Origin: Candidatus Acidiferrales bacterium
GTDB lineage: Bacteria; Acidobacteriota; Terriglobia; Acidiferrales; UBA7541
Reading direction: 5' to 3'
DNA length: 64,000 bases
NCBI GenBank assembly: GCA_035949735.1
Contig: DASYZC010000062.1
Span: forward strand, 4,574-68,573
Shown here: in pieces, positions 18,326 to 28,096 of the stretch
Numbering within the stretch: the stretch's first letter is position 1
Layout of the letters: each line of letters opens with the position of its first letter
The notes under the pieces: model-generated
Told to the model about the DNA's origin: nothing
Database searches by the model: none
What the model saw: the letters and a program-made list of their open reading frames with translations, nothing else
Made by a program: the position numbers and the translations under genes

Positions 18326-19477
18326 ATGACTGAACAATCTAACACCCAAGGTGTGCCCCCTAATGTCGCTAACCACGAGAGCGAATCTATAGGGGACAAA
18401 CAAGATGAGGGCGCAGTTTCCCGCCCAAGCGAACACAACGTTAAGACCTCTCCTCCAGCCTCGCGGGTGACTGTTTTCGCGCTTTTGTTTCTTGTGGCAG
18501 TTGCTGTCTGGCTCTACGCCACGACTTCGCTTCTTGCCGATTATGCGCCGCTGATCTTGGTTTTCGTTTCTGCAATCGCTGGCATTGTTGGAAAGAGTTG
18601 GAATGAGGATAAGAAGGGCCTCGCCCGTGTCACAACTAAGGGTTGGCTGCTTGCTGCATTGGCTGCCCTCGGCTTCGTTGTAGGAATTCGCAACACCGAA
18701 ATTAGCCACTCCAAGCTCAAAGAAGTCGGGAAGATTCAGACCGTCGCCTATCATCAGTTAATGGAGGGCGTCAGCATGATGCTCTTTCCGATCACTTCAT
18801 CGTGGAGAGAACCGCCGAAGAACGATGCCGATATCCTGTCAAGAGCGGCAGATCAAAAGACGATTGATTTACTGACCGGGACACGTATCGTTCCTTTTGC
18901 AGATCCGGTCCGCGACACGATGATGATGGTTGGGGATACCAGAATGTTTGCAGTGTCGGCAAAGGATGTACGAATTTCGTCCTCGTGTGGCCAGCCACAC
19001 GGAACTTTTCGAGCGCTTTACGAGTTGTTCGATTTCTGCGTTGACACGGGTGAGGCCAAAGTGAAGGAGTCTGAGCAGATTTTCCTGAGCAATTTAGACT
19101 CAGAGACGATTCGATTAGTTCAGGATATGTTGGGAGACGAATATTATGTCTCCCACTACAAGAACCTAGCGCATCACGACGATCTGTACTATCAGGGCCT
19201 CTATGACGAGGCCGTTACGCGTGGAACAGCACCGAGTTCTGATCAGACGTGGCGAGCTTTGATTGCTGTGCAACGCACTCTGTTGCCAGAGCAAAATGAT
19301 CCAGCGAGTCCAGGTCGGAAGGACAAGACATCTCCATATCTATACCTCGGCACATACTATTTCGGTCAGAATAATTCGGATTCGACAGCGTATCGACAGT
19401 TCCTTCAAAAGGTCGGTGCGTTAGTGAAGCACGTTGAGACGGTAACGAATTCACAGAATGTCATCGATACGTTCTGA
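18326..19477 (+). CDS. Hypothetical membrane protein (383 aa)
   Basis: Three or four N-terminal hydrophobic helices followed by a soluble domain. No motif recognised. Confidence 0.6.
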   Translation: MTEQSNTQGVPPNVANHESESIGDKQDEGAVSRPSEHNVKTSPPASRVTVFALLFLVAVAVWLYATTSLLADYAPLILVFVSAIAGIVGKSWNEDKKGLARVTTKGWLLAALAALGFVVGIRNTEISHSKLKEVGKIQTVAYHQLMEGVSMMLFPITSSWREPPKNDADILSRAADQKTIDLLTGTRIVPFADPVRDTMMMVGDTRMFAVSAKDVRISSSCGQPHGTFRALYELFDFCVDTGEAKVKESEQIFLSNLDSETIRLVQDMLGDEYYVSHYKNLAHHDDLYYQGLYDEAVTRGTAPSSDQTWRALIAVQRTLLPEQNDPASPGRKDKTSPYLYLGTYYFGQNNSDSTAYRQFLQKVGALVKHVETVTNSQNVIDTF

Positions 19478-19515
19478 GCAGCTAATTCGGGGAACGAAAT
19501 TGCGAGGGAGACCCA

Positions 19516-20979
19516 ATGGCAGAGAAGCTCCCGGAAGTCGAGCCGGTTCCTGACGAAAATGAACACGATGCGAGTGTTTGCCCGCGCTGCGGTCGCGCGG
19601 TCCATCCTTTTGATGTATTGTGTCCTTCCTGCCGGGCCACATTGGTTTCTGCGCCTACAAGCGAGCAACTTGAACAAGCTGAAAAGCTCGCAAGCATTCG
19701 CTCGCATTTGTCGTCGAGCAGCACCGATGACCGGGCTGCGCGGGTAGGCTGGCAGGACGCGACCAAGTCGCTTTTACCGGTGGCGGTCACTCTCATTGTC
19801 GCACTCGGCGGGTGGTGGATCACCTCAACGTACAATGATGCTCAGCTTCAGGTGCAAAAGGCACAGCAGTCTGCAAGCCGCGCTTCTTCTGAGGCAAGTG
19901 CAAGCCTTGCTTACCTTCAGTTTCTAGCGAGCAATCCTTCACCGGCCCAAGAGCGACGTGACCAAGCGCTGATGGCTGTAGCAGGCGTCCTTCCTCCAGA
20001 ACTGAGTTTTAGCCTCGCTGCAAAGAGACTGCCTGAAGAGCCAGCGGTGCTGAACCTTTTGCTGAGAATCTATGGGGACCAGTCTTGGAAATACTTGTCT
20101 CCGCTTATTGAAGACTCGTCTAGTGCTCAGCCAATTCTCCAACTGCTACACGACCAAAACGTTCTTGACCGCGAGTTCGATTGGCTCATCGGTGCCGCCA
20201 ATGATAGACCGCATCGGCGGCTTCAAGCACTCGTTTCGTACTTCCAGTTTCTCAGAGAACTAGATGCCCACCAACATCCAGAGGTGAATAAGCCCGCGAC
20301 ACGTGCATTGGTCAGTCGCGCCTTGCGTAGTGACAGCATTGGCGTACAAACCAAGTCAGACTTGGCAGCGGCTGCCGCCCTAGTCTTTGTTCAAGATCCA
20401 AGCTACACCCCAGACTGGGACCTGCTTGATATGGCTGCCAACCTGTTCTGGGAAGGAATTGATACCGGCGTGGGGGAACTGCCCCAAGAAGGTAGTCTCA
20501 AGTATCAACTCTACTTTACTCGGTTCCGCTTCACTTTTAACGGAAAGGGGGTGCCCACGGGTGCGATAGAGACCGCGAGTAATTCGCTTGCTGGCCGACT
20601 CTTAGCATCGCGTTTACAAGACAAGACGGTTTATGACCTTGGGCGCCTGATGTATAGCTACAGCGAAGAACGTGAATACTTGAGTCCCGGCGATGCTCTA
20701 CGTTTCGTTCGAGGAGTCTTGGCGGCAGTGAACAGCCAAGAGAGGCGAAAGCAATTCTCTGAAGAACTCGGTTCATTGAGTGGGGATGTGTTGTATCGCA
20801 ATATGAGCAGGGACTCAACTGTGCGACGCCAATATGCTGATCTCATCGTAGACTGGTATTCTCAATACGCCACTCGTGGATGGGCAATTCCGAAGTTCCT
20901 TGCGGAAGTTGAAGTTGACTACCCAGATTTAAAAGAGCGAATTGAAGCTGTATTCGACGCAACACGCCCAAAGACCTGA
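19516..20979 (+). CDS. Hypothetical protein with N-terminal zinc ribbon and one TM (487 aa)
   Basis: CPRCGRAVHPFDVLCPSCRA, TM LLPVAVTLIVALGGWWI, then a helical C-terminal domain. Confidence 0.6.
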   Translation: MAEKLPEVEPVPDENEHDASVCPRCGRAVHPFDVLCPSCRATLVSAPTSEQLEQAEKLASIRSHLSSSSTDDRAARVGWQDATKSLLPVAVTLIVALGGWWITSTYNDAQLQVQKAQQSASRASSEASASLAYLQFLASNPSPAQERRDQALMAVAGVLPPELSFSLAAKRLPEEPAVLNLLLRIYGDQSWKYLSPLIEDSSSAQPILQLLHDQNVLDREFDWLIGAANDRPHRRLQALVSYFQFLRELDAHQHPEVNKPATRALVSRALRSDSIGVQTKSDLAAAAALVFVQDPSYTPDWDLLDMAANLFWEGIDTGVGELPQEGSLKYQLYFTRFRFTFNGKGVPTGAIETASNSLAGRLLASRLQDKTVYDLGRLMYSYSEEREYLSPGDALRFVRGVLAAVNSQERRKQFSEELGSLSGDVLYRNMSRDSTVRRQYADLIVDWYSQYATRGWAIPKFLAEVEVDYPDLKERIEAVFDATRPKT

Positions 20980-21069
20980 ACAGTATCTGCCCTCTTCGTC
21001 CCTTGTCCGACGCACGGGGTCCCACTACTGTCTCGTCGAAAAAGGCAGCATCAAGATGTTCCCGCTGAA

Positions 21070-22302
21070 TCAAAGCCCGCGTGCGAGTTCCAGCGCTTTT
21101 TGCATCTGAGGGTCTTCGCCAACGAGAAGCTGTTCAGGTGGTTGTGCCACGGGAATACTCGGGGTGACGCCTCTCCCTTCGATCAGCTTGCCCTGCCAAG
21201 TTAGATACGCAGCGACGGGAAGGCCGACGATGTACCCAAAGCCCGCCTTGAACGCGCTGCCGCTCAACAGCCGTCCTGGAGTCTTAACTCCGATGATGAT
21301 GGCGAGATTGTTCTCCTCCGCAAAGGCCGCGACCATCTCTCCTGCGCTGGCAGTGTGCTCGTTAACCAGAATTATGACGCGCCCATGAAACCGTTGCGGA
21401 CCCAAGCCCTCGGTCACAACGAGTATGGACTTGTCGATGAAGCCGTAACGCAAGGCGAGCCAAATTAAAGTGGATTTCCGTGACGGTATGCGGCTAAACC
21501 GTGGAAGTTTCTCGGGTGCATATCCCTTCTCTTTTCGCTTTCGCGTGAGGCTATAACCTACTTCCAATTTGTCGGGCGTTAGATAGCTCATCAAGCGCAA
21601 TCCGCCGATGCCCCCGCCTGTGTTACCTCGTAGATCGACAATCAAACGACTGGATTCCCGCAAATGGGCGAAAGCATTGTCGAGAGCCTTCGCCAGATCT
21701 ATTCCGACCGCACCCGGAAACATCGTGACCTTGAGCCAGCCGATTCCTTCGGGGAGTTGTGAGCAAATCACAGACTTGGGAACGATGACAGGGTGCTTCT
21801 TGGATCGCGGTGAGGGCACCTGAAGGTTGCCGGTCACGCGCTTTCCGTCCGGCTTTTGAACGGCGTACTGCGAATCTTCTCCGACCGGAAAAAGTGGAGG
21901 ATCGGGCGGGCGCAATTCTCGATTTCTGACTTGGAGAAGGATGTCTCCGGGCCGCAACCCTGCGGTGTGCGCGGCCCCCCCCTCGTGAACATCCTGGAAC
22001 ATCCAGCGTTGTTCCCCATCCAGATTGAAGCGCATGAAGGTGGCGCTGATTGCGTGCCGGCCCGGAACGTTCGGGCTTTTCGCGTGCCTGAATCCCGTGT
22101 GGCTCGTCTTCAGTTCGTTCAGCAGTTCCTGCATTCTTTTTTCAAACTCATCATCCGTGCCACTTTGCAGAACTTGGTCCCTCCTGGCTGACGCGAGCGC
22201 GTTCCAATCGGCTCCGTTCATTCCAGGATCAAAGTGTTTTCGCTTGACGAGTTCGGACACTCGCGCATAAATCTTTTCGCGTGCTTGAAGCTCAAGGCTC
22301 AT
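21070..22302 (-). CDS. S41-family (tail-specific/C-terminal processing) peptidase with PDZ-like segment; no signal peptide
   Basis: Start MSLELQ (ATG 22300-22302) overlaps the CHAT gene stop as ATGA. Motifs: GLRPGDILLQV (PDZ-like), LIVDLRGNTGGG and NEHTASAGEM (Ser nucleophile region). Confidence 0.8.
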   Translation of the reverse strand: MSLELQAREKIYARVSELVKRKHFDPGMNGADWNALASARRDQVLQSGTDDEFEKRMQELLNELKTSHTGFRHAKSPNVPGRHAISATFMRFNLDGEQRWMFQDVHEGGAAHTAGLRPGDILLQVRNRELRPPDPPLFPVGEDSQYAVQKPDGKRVTGNLQVPSPRSKKHPVIVPKSVICSQLPEGIGWLKVTMFPGAVGIDLAKALDNAFAHLRESSRLIVDLRGNTGGGIGGLRLMSYLTPDKLEVGYSLTRKRKEKGYAPEKLPRFSRIPSRKSTLIWLALRYGFIDKSILVVTEGLGPQRFHGRVIILVNEHTASAGEMVAAFAEENNLAIIIGVKTPGRLLSGSAFKAGFGYIVGLPVAAYLTWQGKLIEGRGVTPSIPVAQPPEQLLVGEDPQMQKALELARGL

Positions 22303-25034
22303 TGGACATCCAATCGGATCGGCGAGCCGCCGTCGCCGGTCAAGACGAAAGCCGCCCAATAGTAGGGTGGGACTTCCTTCCCATATTTTGCAAGCAGGTC
22401 GAGCTTGGCGTCTCGAAGCGCTGATGCTTGATCCTTGCCTTCCACAATGTGAGTGTAAAATCGATCCATCAGAGCATGGGTAAACGTATCGTCCGCGCTC
22501 CAAAGACTTGCTACGACGGATCGTGCTCCGCTCACAAGAAATGCCTCGGCAAGATCGGTCACGCCCTCTTCTCCCTGAAGCTTTCCCACACCCGTATCGC
22601 ATGCCGAGAGTGTTACGAGATCGGCGTTGAACCGGAGATGAATAATCTCGCGGACCTGCAGAATCCCATCATCGGAAGTTGCCGAATCAACGCCTAGCAC
22701 AACGCCCGAACGCTCAGGAAACCGAGAGTCCGAAAATCCGTGTACGGCCAGGTGAATGATTTGGAATTCGCTCAACGGTTCGGCCTTGAAAGCTGTTTCA
22801 GTAGCTTCTGGCCCAAGCAGAAGGGTCGAGTCATTCCCGAGTATTCTCTTGATATCGAGAACCTCGTCCCGCGTTTCCGGCAGGTCATATAACGTCGTGC
22901 GGAAAGAATCAGACATCCCGCGCAGTAACCTTTTCTCGATGCCCGTTGGTTTTACGAGTTCTGCTGAGACGTTACCTTGATTCTGATATGGCACATTGCC
23001 GACCGCCAGCAGGGTTCTGCGGTGATTATGAGAATTCTTGGCATTGCGCAGAACATACAGAACGGTCGAGGCGGGCGCGTAACTGATGATTTTCTTATCA
23101 AGCAAGAGCGAACTAGAGGCATCACGCAGCGTCTCAAATGGCAAGAGATGCAAAATGCCGTCCGGGACGATCACGAGCTTTTCCGTTGTGGAAAGTTGGC
23201 TGAACGGCGGCAAAAGAATCGCGTAGAGCTGGCTTGCTAGGATTGAATCACTGCGCTTCTCGCGAATGGAAGAAAGATACCTGCGCGTTAGTTCTTCAAT
23301 CCTTGTTCTGCCCCCGCTCAACTTCTCCACGCCAGTCGCGTTCCTAGAGATCCAGAGGCAATAGGACTGTGGCTCGCTGAGAACATATTCCAAAATCATT
23401 TCGTCGGCGCGAAGGCGAGATTGAATTGTCTTGAGAGCTACGGGCCGTTCGAACCACTCCCGTTGCGTCGTCTCCAAGCCACTACGGGTCCAGCCCAATC
23501 TGCTCTCGTACTCGACAAGTTGGTCAAGAAGAATTGCGCGGTCAGTCGCATCTTCGGACCGCATAAGGCGTAATTGCAATGAGGCAACTTCGGTCTCAAG
23601 GGCCGTTACCTCTTTCGGTTCGTTTCGAGTAGACGAGCCACCGTTTTGAAGCAAAGACGCAGGCGTTCGGCCTCTTACGCGCTCAAGCACACGGAAAGCC
23701 TGTTCCACATTGCCTAAACGAGCCTCCAACTCGAAATGCCGAAGGTATGTATCGCTCATTGCATCCGCCATCGAGCTGCTCCAGTAAGCTTCGTCCGAGT
23801 TGACGAGCATCCCGTCAATCACATCCTCAGCTTGGGCATAAAAACTCTCAGCATCTGTCGTTTGTCCTTTCCGGGTTTTGAGCTCTGCGAGCACTGTCAG
23901 ATCGCGTGGCAAGTAGTAGCGGTCACCGACCTTTCTGCTGACATCCACTCCTATGGCGGCGCGGTCCTCGGCGGACTGAAGGTCGCCCGCGTCTCGATAG
24001 ATTCTCGCGAGGTCAAACATTGCCTGAGCCGCCATCCGAAAAAACGCATGCTTCCGCGCAAGATCGCCCCCCTGTTCCAGGTATTCGATTGCTTCTTGAC
24101 GATTGCCGATGCGGAGCGCGAGTTCACCCTTTTCGACAAGAATCTGAGACTGATGGCCGTACTTTTCGTTTTGTCGAGCATTCGTCAAGGCATAATCCAG
24201 TGCGCGCCTCGCCTCATCGAATTGTCCTTCTCCCGCGAGTGTCCATCCCTTGCCTTCATACGCCATGTAGGGGAATCCACAGTCGGGATTTTGGCCGCTG
24301 ATCTTGATGGCCCGGTCGAAGAAGGCAAGGGCTTCGCCGTAACGCCGCACTTCGTTGAAACCGTTTCCAAGCATTTCAAGTGCGCGGACCTGTTCACCCA
24401 CGTCACCGCTTGCAATCGCCGAGAGAACCGCATCACCCACCATCGTCGCAGCTCGTTTGCTGTCGCCTTCCAAGAAAGCGATGATCCCTAGCTCCCCTTC
24501 CGCGCGTGATTCCCATTGCGTTTCGCCGAGCGAATGCGCGAGTGTCCTTGCTTCTGACCATGCTCGCTTGGCAGATGCAGCGTTGATTTCGAGGTCCGTA
24601 TACCCTTTCTGGACGAGACACCAAAGCATTAGCGTTGGATCAGACTTCGTGACTGGCCGCGCGATTTCCTTGTCGATCATCTGAGAGACATCGACGTAGG
24701 ACATCGTCTCTGACTGTGCGCGAATTCGTCCGATGCGAGCGTAGATTTCATTTCTGGTGTCGCCCTTCGCCTTGAAGAGTTGCTCTGCCCGGACGTAGAG
24801 TGGCTCTGCCTTGGGCCAATTGAAGAGCCAAGCAAGTCGGTTTGCTTCCCCCAACAACACGCTCGGATCAAGTGAGTTTATTGAGTCCGGCCCGAATTGG
24901 CCGGCGAAAGCGCCGGAGCGGTTCAGTTCGCGTGAAATGTAGAGCTTAACGTATTTGTGGGAGATTGCAGCGAACGCAAGGACAGCGAGAGATATGAGAA
25001 GGAGCGTTACTGCGAGACGCTTCGACACACTCAT
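22299..25034 (-). CDS. TPR-repeat CHAT-domain (caspase-like) protease with N-terminal hydrophobic anchor
   Basis: 911 aa. N-terminus LAVTLLLISLAVLAFAAI, then long TPR-like helical repeats. C-terminal CHAT dyad context: IIHLAVHGF (His) and LVTLSACDTGVG (Cys). Confidence 0.85.
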   Translation of the reverse strand: MSVSKRLAVTLLLISLAVLAFAAISHKYVKLYISRELNRSGAFAGQFGPDSINSLDPSVLLGEANRLAWLFNWPKAEPLYVRAEQLFKAKGDTRNEIYARIGRIRAQSETMSYVDVSQMIDKEIARPVTKSDPTLMLWCLVQKGYTDLEINAASAKRAWSEARTLAHSLGETQWESRAEGELGIIAFLEGDSKRAATMVGDAVLSAIASGDVGEQVRALEMLGNGFNEVRRYGEALAFFDRAIKISGQNPDCGFPYMAYEGKGWTLAGEGQFDEARRALDYALTNARQNEKYGHQSQILVEKGELALRIGNRQEAIEYLEQGGDLARKHAFFRMAAQAMFDLARIYRDAGDLQSAEDRAAIGVDVSRKVGDRYYLPRDLTVLAELKTRKGQTTDAESFYAQAEDVIDGMLVNSDEAYWSSSMADAMSDTYLRHFELEARLGNVEQAFRVLERVRGRTPASLLQNGGSSTRNEPKEVTALETEVASLQLRLMRSEDATDRAILLDQLVEYESRLGWTRSGLETTQREWFERPVALKTIQSRLRADEMILEYVLSEPQSYCLWISRNATGVEKLSGGRTRIEELTRRYLSSIREKRSDSILASQLYAILLPPFSQLSTTEKLVIVPDGILHLLPFETLRDASSSLLLDKKIISYAPASTVLYVLRNAKNSHNHRRTLLAVGNVPYQNQGNVSAELVKPTGIEKRLLRGMSDSFRTTLYDLPETRDEVLDIKRILGNDSTLLLGPEATETAFKAEPLSEFQIIHLAVHGFSDSRFPERSGVVLGVDSATSDDGILQVREIIHLRFNADLVTLSACDTGVGKLQGEEGVTDLAEAFLVSGARSVVASLWSADDTFTHALMDRFYTHIVEGKDQASALRDAKLDLLAKYGKEVPPYYWAAFVLTGDGGSPIRLDVQ

Positions 25035-25312
25035 TCCTGACGATGGGCGGGTTGGTTGATTTCATTTGCCTGTCAAACCGCTAGATGCCGGGGGCTGGGC
25101 TTCGGGTTTCCTCCCACGGTATTTCACGGCCAAGCCTCGTGTGACCGAGGCCATGTCCGTAGCAACCCCATTCTACCTTTTTAGTTGCGCGCCTGGCATG
25201 GCGATGCAGCTCCGGTCGGCTTCCCGACCGCACGGACCAAAACACTTTCAACGCACAAGATGCGTCCCGCGCAGCGTGCGTAGAAGTTAGTAAGCTGATA
25301 ATATCCCCCGCA

Positions 25313-26158
25313 ATGGCCGAGTACAAACCAGATGAGGAATCGGTTTTGCGCGCCGAAAGAATATCCTCCCGGCTGATGGATGATTTGCGCGAGGTCACGG
25401 AAATAGGCCCGCAACGAGAAATGCGACGGGAACTCTTCTCTGAACAACGTTATTCTGGAGAAACAGAAGGTGTCCCAATCGGAGACGTTCTGGATAACGT
25501 GAATCAAATGGCAGTGGAGTTCGCGGCAGCTCGCCGCTGGGATGGCGCAATCGCGTGCCTAAAGCTGGAAACTGGCGAGATAGCGCCGATCTCGTGGACT
25601 GAGCTCTTCGGTGGGCCATCGTGGCGGTCCTATGGCTCTGAAAATTGGATCGAGTTCTGGGATAGGTATTTTGGTGGTCCATTCCCCCTGCACCACATCT
25701 GGCGAGACACCATGAAAGAGTTCGCACGTCAGGACAGCGCGTTCCTGGTCACTGATGTCCGGGAAGCGGGGGAGAGCATCCAACGCGCTTTAACCCAATT
25801 CCTTTCCTATCGATTCGCCGGGATGAAGCGATGGTTCGACTGGGCACAAAGGGGTGGAACGAATCCTCCCAGATGGCCTTTCCGCCGCAGAGGTAACCCG
25901 CCCCTGCCGCCACTCAGTGACGGCGGTGGTCTAAAGGTTCGAGTCTCCTGCAATACGCGGGGACTGCGGATTCATGTATCCCCAGCCTATTTCGTCAGTT
26001 GGGTATATTTTGGAAGTCCAACTTCACCAGTCGTGAGCTACGTGCTTCCGGGTCGATATATTTTCGCCGGCGATGGACCGATGATGCCAAAGCGCAGAAC
26101 GGACCCGACGGTCTTTTGCATCCCTGCAGATTACAACCCGCAGCTCAAGAGATTTTGA
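25313..26158 (+). CDS. Hypothetical protein (281 aa)
   Basis: Trp-rich protein with no recognised motif. The next gene follows after 2 nt. Confidence 0.5.
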   Translation: MAEYKPDEESVLRAERISSRLMDDLREVTEIGPQREMRRELFSEQRYSGETEGVPIGDVLDNVNQMAVEFAAARRWDGAIACLKLETGEIAPISWTELFGGPSWRSYGSENWIEFWDRYFGGPFPLHHIWRDTMKEFARQDSAFLVTDVREAGESIQRALTQFLSYRFAGMKRWFDWAQRGGTNPPRWPFRRRGNPPLPPLSDGGGLKVRVSCNTRGLRIHVSPAYFVSWVYFGSPTSPVVSYVLPGRYIFAGDGPMMPKRRTDPTVFCIPADYNPQLKRF

Positions 26159-26160
26159 AA

Positions 26161-27198
26161 ATGTTTGCCTCTACTTCAGACTATGGCCCTTTCGCTCCCG
26201 TGGTTGGATACGGGGGAGCGATCATGGCTGCGGCTGGCGCTCTATTCCTAATGTGGGGCGGCAAAATGCAGAAGTGGAGGCCGCCTGACGAAGACCTGCC
26301 CGGCACCGGACAAGGTATTGTGCTTCTCTTGTGCGGTGTGGGTATGGTTCTTGAGTGGTACTTTGCGACCCCTGCCGCGATCCCATGGTTTCTTGCAGCA
26401 GTCGCGATGCTTGCGATTGCATGTATCGTGTGCTTCCTAAGGTACAGCGGCTTGCTAGGCACTTTTACCTATATTAAGAAAGAAGTCGCGGGCGAAAACT
26501 CGACTCGCGACGTTCGCATTCTCGGCGGACGGGAGCTCCTTCCTGACGCGGAAAAGAAACGCAAGAAGCTCGGAGTTGACATACAAACGCTGCTGGAAGG
26601 CGCGGCATACAAGGTTGACATGTTATGGAGCCGGGAAGCCCGGCAGTGGGTTAAACAGAGAGTCCTTCTTTTCTTTATCCTCACGCTAGCGTTTGGAACA
26701 TTCGCCCTGACGGGAGCAGGCTTTGCTACCCAAGTGCTTCTCAGCAAGAAGGCGGCTGCCACTGTAGTCCGCCCGGCGGATGCCCCTCCTCTTACGGACA
26801 AGCCTGGCGACTCACCAAGTCCCAAGAGAGCTGAGGAGCCTAAGAAACCGGAATGGCATACCGAAGATGAAAACGGAAATAAATATGTTGTCGTCTGGCG
26901 GATGGACCCTGCTTGTCATCGGGCGGACCCGAATGACACAAAGCACCTTTGCAATTTTACTCATACCCAAGTGAGCTTTGCGGGTGACAATACGCCTTAC
27001 GATCATTGGAATATCAAAGTTGAGCCCCCTGGCCCTGTGGTTGACGTTCTGTGTGAAACAACCGGGACGAACGAATTCAACGAAGTAAAAGGCGTCACAA
27101 AGGGTGACATTGATGGAAAGTTCGCTAGTTGCAGCGGATGGATAAACGGTGGCGACGCGGACATCAAATTGACTGCTTGGTACAAGCAAAAATGGTAG
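26161..27198 (+). CDS. Hypothetical membrane protein with Cys-rich C-terminal domain (345 aa)
   Basis: Start MFASTSDYG at 26161. About four hydrophobic helices and a Pro/Lys linker. The C-terminal domain has six Cys residues. Confidence 0.55.
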   Translation: MFASTSDYGPFAPVVGYGGAIMAAAGALFLMWGGKMQKWRPPDEDLPGTGQGIVLLLCGVGMVLEWYFATPAAIPWFLAAVAMLAIACIVCFLRYSGLLGTFTYIKKEVAGENSTRDVRILGGRELLPDAEKKRKKLGVDIQTLLEGAAYKVDMLWSREARQWVKQRVLLFFILTLAFGTFALTGAGFATQVLLSKKAAATVVRPADAPPLTDKPGDSPSPKRAEEPKKPEWHTEDENGNKYVVVWRMDPACHRADPNDTKHLCNFTHTQVSFAGDNTPYDHWNIKVEPPGPVVDVLCETTGTNEFNEVKGVTKGDIDGKFASCSGWINGGDADIKLTAWYKQKW

Positions 27199-27258
27199 GT
27201 TTAGGTCATCTTCAGCTTTACAGACCGCCAGACATTTCTGTTCGATTGCGAGCCATCG

Positions 27259-27286
27259 CGGGACGCCCGCACGCGCGGGCGTCCCG
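27259..27286. terminator. GC-rich 12-bp perfect hairpin between convergent genes
   Basis: CGGGACGCCCGC-ACGC-GCGGGCGTCCCG. There is no clear U-tract on either side. Confidence 0.5.
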
Positions 27287-27295
27287 GAGTGTGAG

Positions 27296-28096
27296 TCAAT
27301 CTGTCGGTGTGATCGCTGTCAGAATTTCGGCGCTGGTGTGCTGAATCCGTTCGAGCGACGCCGCCAGAGTTTCCGTGTTGCCGTCGTACAGGTGAATGTA
27401 ATCCACTGAGCTGGTCGCTGCGAGTCCGATACCTTCGCACACCACGAAAGCAACTGCTTCCGCTTCCGTTTCGCGGACGCGTTTGCTGGTTTCCTTGCGC
27501 TGCTCTCCCTGGTGCAAAAGCGCGTGGGCTACTTCGTGCACCAGAGTTGCAAACTCTTCGGGGGCTGCCTGTCCTGGTAGGATCACAATCTTCCCCGGTG
27601 AGCATTGCCCTTGTGCCGGATAGATCGCGTCCGAATACTCAAGTTGAATTCCACGGTCCGAAAGAAATTGCTTCAGCCGGTCTGCACGGTCGGACGGGTC
27701 GCCCTCCGTATTCCCGAATTGCGGAAGAGGTTTGCCGTCTGTGTCGGCCATGTCGAACACGTAAGCCGCTCGAAAGCGGATCGCCGCTATTTCGTTCTTT
27801 TCGTCTTTCTGTTTCTGTTCGGCCTCTTCACGAAGCACGACCGGAGCAAGAATCAGGATTCCCTTCGCGCCCTTCTTCACGAATCGGCCAAGACGCTTCC
27901 AGGTGTGAAATCCGGCGACATGGGTGGCATCTGGCCTTTGTGATGCAATTAGCATGATGTTGTGCAACGAATAGCGATGGAATCGCGCCATTGCTCCTAG
28001 ATATTCCCTCAGCTTCTCACTGTGGCCCGCTTCCAGGGCATGACTGAGTTCCTCGATTGCCTTGCCTGCGATCTGCTTTGCTTGCTCGATTTTCAT
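27296..28096 (-). CDS. ardC: ArdC-like antirestriction protein (ssDNA-binding N-domain plus HExxH metalloprotease domain)
   Basis: Start MKIEQAK is preceded by AGGAGGAAC. RFHRYSLHNIMLIASQRPDATHVAGFHTWKRLGRFVKKGAKGI is typical of the ArdC N-domain. HEVAH lies in the C-terminal half. Confidence 0.8.
   Translation of the reverse strand: MKIEQAKQIAGKAIEELSHALEAGHSEKLREYLGAMARFHRYSLHNIMLIASQRPDATHVAGFHTWKRLGRFVKKGAKGILILAPVVLREEAEQKQKDEKNEIAAIRFRAAYVFDMADTDGKPLPQFGNTEGDPSDRADRLKQFLSDRGIQLEYSDAIYPAQGQCSPGKIVILPGQAAPEEFATLVHEVAHALLHQGEQRKETSKRVRETEAEAVAFVVCEGIGLAATSSVDYIHLYDGNTETLAASLERIQHTSAEILTAITPTD

Noticed and set aside
23736-24491. A 251-aa plus-strand ORF inside the CHAT gene
   Set aside because: It is antisense to a well-supported TPR-CHAT coding region and has no recognisable features.
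25313-26158. A gasdermin-like substrate next to the CHAT/S41 protease pair
   Set aside because: The gene is divergently transcribed. The sequence is Trp/Arg-rich and bears no resemblance to the bacterial gasdermin N-terminal domain as I remember it. No other candidate pore-forming gene is adjacent.
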